Of a stretch of DNA of 32,000 bases, positions 25,257 to 32,000 are shown one piece after another. Location: the NCBI GenBank assembly GCA_001766815.1, contig LYOS01000003.1, positions 145,254 to 177,253 of the forward strand, written 5' to 3'. The translations under genes and the position numbers were made by a program. The first letter of the stretch is position 1. Each line of letters begins with the position of its first letter. The stretch comes from Candidatus Syntropharchaeum caldarium (GTDB lineage Archaea > Halobacteriota > Syntropharchaeia > Syntropharchaeales > Syntropharchaeaceae). The notes below the pieces were generated by a model. That model was not told where the DNA came from, ran no database searches, and saw only the letters and a program-made list of their open reading frames with translations.

Positions 25257-26095
25257 AGGTTGTAGCAGGAAGAGCATCAGCAGTACTCGGTTCAAGGGTT
25301 GCGGATGTGATTGAGGCAGATCTTGCCTTGACCGAGTTTGCACTCTTCCCCGATGCTGAACTCTACACTCGTGTTGTAGATGATCTGGTGGGCGATGAGG
25401 TTGTAATTGTCCAGAGCACGCCCACCGACACTGATTTTATCTGCCTCCTCCAGCTGATCGATGCGTGCGAGGGGGCATCCCGTATTTCAGTTGTAATTCC
25501 ATACTTTGGATATGCAAGACAGGACAAACGGTTCAAGATGGGTGAAGCAGTGACGGCTCGCGCGCTTGCAGGAACTGTCGAAGCAGACCGTATATTCACG
25601 ATAAATATTCACGACCAGAACGTGATCAATTACTTTAAATCTAAAGCATGTGATCTTGATGCTGCACCCGTGATTGGATCGTACATCAGTTCGCTGAACC
25701 TCAAAAACCCGGTTGTTATTGCACCTGATGATGGGGCGAAGGAGCTTGCGAAAGCCGTAGCATCAGAAGAAGGACTGAGCTGGAACTGGCTCAAAAAGAA
25801 GCGAATCGATGCTGATACAGTGGTAATTGATGATAAAGATCTCGACGTCGAAGGAAGAGATGTTGTGATCGTTGATGATATCATCTCAAGTGGTGGGACG
25901 ATCATGGAGGCAGCACGTATTCTGAAACAGAACGGTGCAGGTGCAATCTATGCCGGATGCGTACACGGCGTATTCGTGAAAAATGCAATTTTAAGACTTA
26001 AAAAAGCTGGAATCATACCTTTTTCAACCGACACAATCGAGTCGATCACAAGTTCAATGAGTGTCGCAGAGTGTATCGGTGCATCGATAATATGA
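25253..26095 (+). CDS. prs: Ribose-phosphate pyrophosphokinase (PRPP synthetase)
   Basis: Motifs seen are FPDAELYTRV, ...VIPYFGYARQDKRF, ...VVIVDDIISSGGTI (PRPP-binding loop). Its ATG overlaps the mcrA-like stop as ATGA at 25253-25256. Confidence 0.85.
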   Translation: MKVVAGRASAVLGSRVADVIEADLALTEFALFPDAELYTRVVDDLVGDEVVIVQSTPTDTDFICLLQLIDACEGASRISVVIPYFGYARQDKRFKMGEAVTARALAGTVEADRIFTINIHDQNVINYFKSKACDLDAAPVIGSYISSLNLKNPVVIAPDDGAKELAKAVASEEGLSWNWLKKKRIDADTVVIDDKDLDVEGRDVVIVDDIISSGGTIMEAARILKQNGAGAIYAGCVHGVFVKNAILRLKKAGIIPFSTDTIESITSSMSVAECIGASII

Positions 26096-26910
26096 TACAG
26101 ATATTTGGTGTGATTGGCGACCCCATCGGGCATTCGCTCTCGCCGGAGATGCATAACGCAGCATATCATGCACTGGGACTTGATTGTATATATCTGCCAT
26201 TCCACGTCAGAGCCGAAAGGCTGAGAGATGCGATCGAAGGGGCGGGGGCACTTGGAATAAGAGGGCTCAATGTGACGGTCCCACACAAAGTGGCTGTGAT
26301 GGAACTTGTAGAGCCAGATCTGCTTGCAAGAAAAATTGGCGCGGTAAATACGATCGATTTTGCCACATTAAAAGGATATAACACCGATGTAGCAGGAATC
26401 ACAGGCTCACTCGAATCTGCTGGAGTTGATCTCAGAGGCAAGCGTGTTCTTTTGCTTGGTGCAGGAGGGGCAGCGCGTGCAGCAGCATTTGCATCTATTG
26501 AAGCAGGTTGTAAACTTGTAATTGCAAACAGAACAAGATCAAAAGGTGAAAAGTTAGCAGATGAACTTGGAAGAGGGGTTAATGCAATTGGTCTCGAAGA
26601 TGATGAGATTGGGCCGGCTATAGCCGAATCCGATGTATTGATAAATGCAACGTCGGTGGGGATGTACCCTGAGATCGATAAAATTCCGATAAGGCCCGAA
26701 CTTCTGCACCCCGATCTTGTTGTTTTTGATCTGATATATAACCCATTAGAAACCATGCTCCTCAGTGAAGCAAAAAAGAAAGGATGTAAAACAATCAGTG
26801 GTGTGAAGATGCTTGTTTACCAGGGAGCCGCATCCTTCAGGATATGGCTGGGGATTGATCCACCTGTTGATGTGATGGAGACCGTTGTGAGGGAGAGATT
26901 GATTCTATGA
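26092..26910 (+). CDS. aroE: Shikimate 5-dehydrogenase
   Basis: Motifs seen are MIQIFGVIGDPIGHSLSPEMHNAAY, ...GLNVTVPHK, ...GAVNTI, ...GYNTD..G, ...LLGAGGAARA. The start is reset to ATG 26092, which overlaps the prs stop as ATGA. Confidence 0.85.
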   Translation: MIQIFGVIGDPIGHSLSPEMHNAAYHALGLDCIYLPFHVRAERLRDAIEGAGALGIRGLNVTVPHKVAVMELVEPDLLARKIGAVNTIDFATLKGYNTDVAGITGSLESAGVDLRGKRVLLLGAGGAARAAAFASIEAGCKLVIANRTRSKGEKLADELGRGVNAIGLEDDEIGPAIAESDVLINATSVGMYPEIDKIPIRPELLHPDLVVFDLIYNPLETMLLSEAKKKGCKTISGVKMLVYQGAASFRIWLGIDPPVDVMETVVRERLIL

Positions 26911-28235
26911 AAGTTATTATCATTGGCGGAGGGGAGGCGGGGTTTCATGTGGCAGCGAGTTTATCCAGAAAGAATGATGTCATCGTGATCGAGAAAGATC
27001 CTGAGGCATGCGAGCGGGTGGGAGAACTTGATGTGCAGGTGATACAGGGTAATGGCGCTGATGTCAAACTGATGCAACAGGTTGGGGTTAAAAAAGCCGA
27101 TCTTGTGGTCGCACTGACAGGTGTTGATGAGGTCAATATTGTTGCCTGCATGGGTGCAAAATTACTCTCCAGACGTGTGAAGACGATCGCGCGGGTGAGC
27201 AATCCAGATTATATCAATGAGCCGGTTGATCATCGTAAGGAACTCGGGATGGATGTAATGGTCTGCCCAGAGCTTTCGCTTGCTCGTGAGATTGCTCAGG
27301 TGGTTTCAATTCCAGCTGCGCTGGATGTTGAGAACTTTGTCGATGGTAAAGTGAAGATGGTAGAGTTTGAGGTGAAAGAGGGGCATGATATAGCAGGCAA
27401 GAAACTCAAGGATGCGGGTCTTCCTGCATACTGCATCGTGGCAGGTATATTCAGGGGAGATAGGCTTCTGATATCCTATGGCGACGATGTAATACAGCCA
27501 GGTGATAGGGTAGTTCTTGTTGGTGAGCTGGATGCACTTGATCTGATACAGGCGCGGTTTGGTGAGCTTGCAGGCAGAAAAAGGAAGATATTGATCGTTG
27601 GCGGTGGACAGGTTGGACTATATCTACTCGAAGAACTGACAAAAGCCGATCATGAAATTACGCTCATTGAGATAGATCAAGAACGGTGTATGGAGCTTGC
27701 AGAACGCTATCCAGATGTGCTTGTAATAAATGGGGATGGCGCAAATCTGAAACTTTTGAAGGAAGAAAACCTTTCAGAAAAGGATGTGGTGGTTGCTGTG
27801 ACTGACAGGGATGAGAAAAATCTACTCTGTGCCCTGCTTGCAAAACAGCTTGGTACAAGAAAAGCGATATCCAGAACAGACCATGCCGATTACACCACAC
27901 TCTTTGAGATGGTTGGTGTCGATGTAGCAATCAATCCGATACTTGCTACCGTGAATGAGGTTATGAAGTTCACCATGAGTATTGGTGTTGAGTCACTGGT
28001 AAATATCGAGGGTACACGAGCAAGTGCAATTGAGCTTATCGCAAAAGAGGGGAGTGAAATAGTAGGTAAACAATTGAAAGATGCACGATTCCCGAGAGGT
28101 GCCCTTGTCTCTGTTATTGTCAGGGGTGAAAAGGTGATCGTACCATCTGGAATGGATGTTATAGAAGCTGGTGACCGGGTTGTGATATTTAGCTACCCTG
28201 ACACGGTCGAAAAGGTGGAGAAGCTCTTTGAGTAG
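26907..28235 (+). CDS. trkA: Trk-type K+ uptake system NAD-binding subunit TrkA (duplicated RCK N+C domains)
   Basis: Two Rossmann starts, MKVIIIGGGEAG and ILIVGGGQVG, are each followed by a TrkA-C-like segment (G.....L.D..LP......I.R......P.G...I..GD.V). It overlaps the aroE stop as ATGA. Confidence 0.85.
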   Translation: MKVIIIGGGEAGFHVAASLSRKNDVIVIEKDPEACERVGELDVQVIQGNGADVKLMQQVGVKKADLVVALTGVDEVNIVACMGAKLLSRRVKTIARVSNPDYINEPVDHRKELGMDVMVCPELSLAREIAQVVSIPAALDVENFVDGKVKMVEFEVKEGHDIAGKKLKDAGLPAYCIVAGIFRGDRLLISYGDDVIQPGDRVVLVGELDALDLIQARFGELAGRKRKILIVGGGQVGLYLLEELTKADHEITLIEIDQERCMELAERYPDVLVINGDGANLKLLKEENLSEKDVVVAVTDRDEKNLLCALLAKQLGTRKAISRTDHADYTTLFEMVGVDVAINPILATVNEVMKFTMSIGVESLVNIEGTRASAIELIAKEGSEIVGKQLKDARFPRGALVSVIVRGEKVIVPSGMDVIEAGDRVVIFSYPDTVEKVEKLFE

Positions 28236-28241
28236 AGAAAG

Positions 28242-29678
28242 ATGAATTACGGAACCGTCTTCAATGTAATAGGCAAGCTGCTTATGACCCTTGGGGTGAT
28301 GATGCTCTTGCCACTTGCAGTAGCAATCTACTACGGCGAGCGCGCATCGATCGTGATCTTTGCGGTATCAGCCATCAGCACAACCTTAGCCGGTGTAGCC
28401 CTCTCGATCGCGTTAAAGTATGAGGATGAGTTTGGACGGCGGGAGGGTTTTGCTATTGTGGCGCTTGGATGGCTTGTCGTAACCATATTTGGTGCGATTC
28501 CTTATCTTCTTTTTGGGCTTTCTTCGATTGATGCACTCTTTGAATCGATGGCGGGCTTTACTACCACGGGCTCAACGATACTTATAGATATCGAGAGCTA
28601 CACACAGAGCTTTCTTTTCTGGCGAAGTCTCACGCAGTGGATGGGGGGCATGGGTATAATCGTGCTTGTACTTGCTATCGCGCCAGGGCTTGCAATTGGT
28701 GGACGGCAATTATTCCAGGCAGAGACGCCAGGGCCCTCATCTGACAAGCTGACACCTCGCCTGAAAGCTACCGCTGAGATACTCTGGATAGCTTATGTGT
28801 TGATATCGGTCGTAGAGATGGTGCTACTTTACCTCGCAGGACTACCACTCTATGATGCTGTAACAACGACATTCTCAACCATGGCAACAGGAGGATTCTC
28901 GCCCCGTGGTGAAAGTATAATGGCGTACCATAATCCGGTTGTAGAAATGATTGTAATGATATTCATGTTCATAGCAGGAGCAAACTTTGCACTCCACTAC
29001 AGGGCACTTCTGATCAGGAAGGATAGCCTCATCAGAGATCGTGAGTTTCAGATCTACGCCGGCATTTTGATCATGGCGTCACTCTTAATCGCGGCAGACC
29101 TTACACGTGGTGGACTGAATTTCTTTGAATCATTGCGCCTGAGTACGTTTCAGGCGGTATCGATCATGACAACGACCGGATTTGCAACCACTGACTTCAA
29201 TCAGTGGGGAGATTTTTCAAGAACAGTTCTCTTTCTGCTGATGTTTATTGGTGGTTGTGCGGGATCGACTGGTGGCGCGATTAAGGTGATGCGTGTATCG
29301 GTGATCGTAAAACACGGCTATATGGAACTCTTCAGAATGATTCATCCACGTGTCGTGAAGCCTCTCAGATTTGGGCGAAGAATAATATCTGCTGATGTTC
29401 TCAGATCGATATTTGCTTTCATTGCACTCTACATACTTGCTTTTGTGATAAGTACACTGATTCTTGCAGGTCTTGGCATTGATCTTGTAAGCAGCCTCAG
29501 CGCTTCTGCCACAACGCTCGGAAATGTTGGACCAGGATTTAATCTTGTGGGACCGATGGAAAACTTTGCGGGTTTGCCTGCAATTGGTAAGCTCGTCCTG
29601 CTCACGAACATGTGGATTGGTCGGCTTGAGGTGATCACAGTGCTCGTATTATTCACACCGGAATTCTGGAAGAAATGA
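28242..29678 (+). CDS. trkH: Trk/Ktr-type K+ transporter membrane subunit TrkH
   Basis: 478 aa, polytopic, with repeated selectivity-filter-like motifs: MAGFTTTGST, TMATGGFS, IMTTTGFAT, TLGNVGPG. Confidence 0.85.
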   Translation: MNYGTVFNVIGKLLMTLGVMMLLPLAVAIYYGERASIVIFAVSAISTTLAGVALSIALKYEDEFGRREGFAIVALGWLVVTIFGAIPYLLFGLSSIDALFESMAGFTTTGSTILIDIESYTQSFLFWRSLTQWMGGMGIIVLVLAIAPGLAIGGRQLFQAETPGPSSDKLTPRLKATAEILWIAYVLISVVEMVLLYLAGLPLYDAVTTTFSTMATGGFSPRGESIMAYHNPVVEMIVMIFMFIAGANFALHYRALLIRKDSLIRDREFQIYAGILIMASLLIAADLTRGGLNFFESLRLSTFQAVSIMTTTGFATTDFNQWGDFSRTVLFLLMFIGGCAGSTGGAIKVMRVSVIVKHGYMELFRMIHPRVVKPLRFGRRIISADVLRSIFAFIALYILAFVISTLILAGLGIDLVSSLSASATTLGNVGPGFNLVGPMENFAGLPAIGKLVLLTNMWIGRLEVITVLVLFTPEFWKK

Positions 29679-29803
29679 TGATGAGAATAGATCTTAGATA
29701 GGGACCGACCCCTTTCTTTCCACTCCAGCACATCATTAAATACATGGTTGCATTCTTCTGGCATTTCCAAAAAGAATTTATTAAATGTTAACAACTGAAA
29801 GAT

Positions 29804-30331
29804 ATGGAGGAGAAAATTAACAATATAAGCCGCAAAGTCGATAGCGTTCTCACAGATGACTGGATTGAGGGGTTTGAACTTGGATGGAGCTGGGTTGTAG
29901 ATTTTGAAACAGAGATGTATCGTCTTTTTCCATATGAGAAGGAGAGTGATATACTGAGAGTTCTTTATGACGCGGGATATAATTCAGGAATAAAACTCGG
30001 AAAAGGGATTCTGAATTACTTTGAGCTTGAATCAAAGAGTCTGAAGGAACGAGCGCGTTATTTTGATGCTTTTCTTTCAAGGATTCAGATTGCAACGATC
30101 AAGTTCTCAAAAAGAGAAAAACATCGTGCCCTTACATTCGTGGGAGGTACACCATTTGCAAGGGCATTTTTGGGCGTAACAGAATATGCAATCTGTTATC
30201 ATACCGCAGGAATTATCGCTGGCTGCACCAAAGCACTTTTTGATAGGGACGTGGTTGTGGTTGAGTCAAGGTGTCTTGCCAGAGGGGATAATGATTGTGA
30301 GTTTCGGGTATGGCCGGATGAACTGGAGTGA
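29804..30331 (+). CDS. Stand-alone V4R (4-vinyl reductase) domain protein
   Basis: The C-terminus ...ICYHTAGIIAGCTKALFDRDVVVVESRCLARGDNDCEFRV matches the V4R signature C...G...G........E..C...G...C.F. Confidence 0.7.
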   Translation: MEEKINNISRKVDSVLTDDWIEGFELGWSWVVDFETEMYRLFPYEKESDILRVLYDAGYNSGIKLGKGILNYFELESKSLKERARYFDAFLSRIQIATIKFSKREKHRALTFVGGTPFARAFLGVTEYAICYHTAGIIAGCTKALFDRDVVVVESRCLARGDNDCEFRVWPDELE

Positions 30332-30412
30332 TGATAATAAAACAGGTAGATTACGTTACCACAAAACTTTATATGTTATTTGTGATATTACAGCAGTAAG
30401 AGGGTAATCGAA

Positions 30413-30853
30413 ATGGATTTAAACGATTGTATTAAATTTGCGAATGAAAATCCTGTCTGTTATGTTGCAACAGTAGATGGAGATCAGCCGAGAGTCAGGG
30501 CGTTTTTAATGTGGTTCGCTGATGAAACCGGTTTTTACTTTCACACCGCAGCCACAAAATCGGTTTACAAACAGTTAAAAGCAAATCCAAAAACAGAAGT
30601 GTGCTTTTATGCTGCAGATACACCACCCGCTGGCGGCAGGATGATGAGAGTTTCAGGTAAGGTTGAATTTCTTGATGATGCAGAACTTAAAACACGGCTA
30701 TTTAAAGAAAGACCTTTCTTAAAGATGACCGGACTGAAAGCGCCGGATAAACTTCCGCCAGTTGCGATCTTCAGAATATATACCGGTGAAGCTCATTTTT
30801 GGACCATGGAGGATAATATAAAAGAGTCAGAAATTGAGAGAATAAGCTTTTAG
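30413..30853 (+). CDS. Pyridoxamine 5'-phosphate oxidase-family FMN-binding split-barrel protein
   Basis: 146 aa. ANENPVCYVATVDGDQPRVRAF...FYFHTAATKSVYKQLKANPKTEVCFY is the typical PNPOx-like general stress protein pattern. Confidence 0.65.
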   Translation: MDLNDCIKFANENPVCYVATVDGDQPRVRAFLMWFADETGFYFHTAATKSVYKQLKANPKTEVCFYAADTPPAGGRMMRVSGKVEFLDDAELKTRLFKERPFLKMTGLKAPDKLPPVAIFRIYTGEAHFWTMEDNIKESEIERISF

Positions 30854-30897
30854 AGTGTGTTAAAGGCGCGAGGAAGCACCGTTATCTCGGTTAAGAG

Positions 30898-31410
30898 GTG
30901 GGACGTGGTGTTTTGAGGCGGTTGGAAATCGAAAGAAAATTTCCAGTTGAAGTCTTTGAGGATCCAAGGGCAAAAGAAATTAAATTTCTACGATGTATCC
31001 AGTGTGGAAGATGCACCGGCGGCTGTCCCGCAGCTTACGTCTTTGATGATTTCTCACCGCGAAAAGTAATACTCAAGCTTCTTGAAGGAGAAATAGATGA
31101 CCTTCTCAGGAAAGATTTGATATGGCACTGCGGTCAGTGTTATACATGCCATATGAGATGTCCCAGAGGAAACAGCCCGGCAACAGCAGTTTTGATTTTG
31201 AGAGAGCTTGCGCTTGAACGGGGTTATTCAATTGGTAAAGTAAAAGAGATCGCAGATCAGTGTGGCAGACTGATGTGGGCAAAGGGTGTTAACTTCTATG
31301 GGGAAGGCTCAAGAGAGCTTTCAGATGAAGCAATTTGTGAGGTGCAGGAAGTTCTCAAACAAAGCGGTTATAAATCATTTCTCGAAATGCTGGGGGTTGA
31401 TCTTCCTTGA
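30898..31410 (+). CDS. hdrC: Heterodisulfide reductase subunit C-like (2x[4Fe-4S])
   Basis: CIQCGRCTGGCP and CGQCYTCHMRCPRGNSP are HdrC-type cluster motifs. The start is uncertain (GTG 30898 or TTG 30913). Confidence 0.75.
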   Translation: MGRGVLRRLEIERKFPVEVFEDPRAKEIKFLRCIQCGRCTGGCPAAYVFDDFSPRKVILKLLEGEIDDLLRKDLIWHCGQCYTCHMRCPRGNSPATAVLILRELALERGYSIGKVKEIADQCGRLMWAKGVNFYGEGSRELSDEAICEVQEVLKQSGYKSFLEMLGVDLP

Positions 31411-32000
31411 ATGAAGAACGGTATTATCTTTTTAAAAGCTGTGTGCTCTCGGCGTATTATCCAAAAGCTGAGGACTGCCTCAGGGCTATATTTGATGAAC
31501 TTGGCGTTGAGTATGTCAACGATCCAGCCCATTCAAGCTGTACAGGGCATGGTTATCATGCCGGGATCTATCCACTAAAGACGGCACTTGAGGTCAATCG
31601 CAGAAACTTCTCACTTGTTAAAGATAGTAATTGTGATGATATAGTGGCATCCTGCCCAACGAGCTATGCAATGCTGAAAGAGATGTCAACACTCTTAGAT
31701 GAACCAATAGGTGTTTATCATGGCTCAGAGGTGATATATAAATATCGAGATGAGATCTCAGAGATATTAAAGTATAATCTTGAGGGTATGCGGGTTGTAA
31801 CACACCATGGTTGCCATTTCACAAAGATTTTTTACAATGATGTTACGGTCGGCGATGCTGAACGCCCAGTACTTCTTGATGAGATTGCAACCTCACTTGG
31901 GGCTGAGGTTATAGACTACAGCGAACGAAGCCTGTGCTGTGGTATGGGATTCAAACATCTGCTTCTTGATCAGGAATACTGCAAAAAAATCGCGCTTCGA
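31407..32000 (+). CDS. hdrB: Heterodisulfide reductase subunit B-like (CCG-domain protein), 3'-truncated by the window end; absent from the ORF track
   Basis: Hand translation from TTG 31407 gives (M)NEERYYLFKSCVLSAYYPKAEDCLRAIFDELGVEYVNDPAHSSCTGHGYH...VASCPTSY...VVTHHGCHFTK...SLCCGMGFKHLL. The frame is open to base 32000, 198 codons with no stop. The motifs are CCG/HdrB-type. The TTG overlaps the hdrC stop as TTGA at 31407-31410. Confidence 0.7.
   Translation, partial: MNEERYYLFKSCVLSAYYPKAEDCLRAIFDELGVEYVNDPAHSSCTGHGYHAGIYPLKTALEVNRRNFSLVKDSNCDDIVASCPTSYAMLKEMSTLLDEPIGVYHGSEVIYKYRDEISEILKYNLEGMRVVTHHGCHFTKIFYNDVTVGDAERPVLLDEIATSLGAEVIDYSERSLCCGMGFKHLLLDQEYCKKIALR

Noticed and set aside
31411-31578. 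ATG-initiated 55-codon frame (MKNGIIFLKAVCSRR...) directly after hdrC
   Set aside because: It terminates after 55 codons and has no HdrB features. The overlapping TTG-initiated frame from 31407 stays open to the window end and carries the CCG-domain motifs.
1-32000. Search for CRISPR arrays, rRNA genes, IS elements or transposases, integrases and prophage genes
   Set aside because: No regularly spaced direct repeats, no rRNA-like sequence and no transposase- or integrase-like ORFs were seen on either strand. The only mobile-looking feature is the low-GC R-M islet reported above.

Overview
Dense archaeal chromosomal segment of about 42 genes. Archaeal markers are Alba, ribosomal protein L40e, an archaeal class-III-signal pilin, a FlaI/FlaJ-type pilus ATPase and platform, TATA-box promoters and oligo-T terminators. 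C1 and energy-metabolism genes place it in the methanogen / anaerobic alkane- or methane-oxidiser branch of Euryarchaeota. These genes are F420-dependent methylene-H4MPT dehydrogenase (mtd), heterodisulfide reductase hdrC-hdrB, and the molybdopterin genes moeA-moeA-mobA. The main item is a compact mcrB-mcrG-mcrA-type operon (21419-25256, + strand) with no mcrC or mcrD. Its alpha subunit keeps the canonical N-terminal half, including the Gln that ligates F430. However, the residues that line the methane/CoM pocket in canonical methyl-CoM reductase are replaced: FTQY reads VTVA, FYGYDLQDQC reads WGGQESTHHP, and NYAMNVGHQ reads FRSPFADSQH. I read this as a candidate alkyl-coenzyme M reductase (ACR-type, as in the Ca. 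Syntrophoarchaeum / Bathyarchaeia-type clade), not a methane-specific MCR. That assignment is inference and needs phylogeny and structural modelling. Other content: an orphan pilin; a type IV pilus-like machinery divergently paired with a membrane protein-MinD-small coiled-coil operon; a low-GC three-gene restriction-modification islet next to a duplicated fragment of the flaJ-like 3' end; tRNA-Pro(UGG) and a 48-aa L40e gene, both hidden under an artefactual 438-aa ORF; and the housekeeping genes thrC, pyrD, nadX, prs, aroE and trkAH. No CRISPR array, rRNA, transposase or integrase was seen. All homology statements rest on motif recognition by eye, not on database searches.
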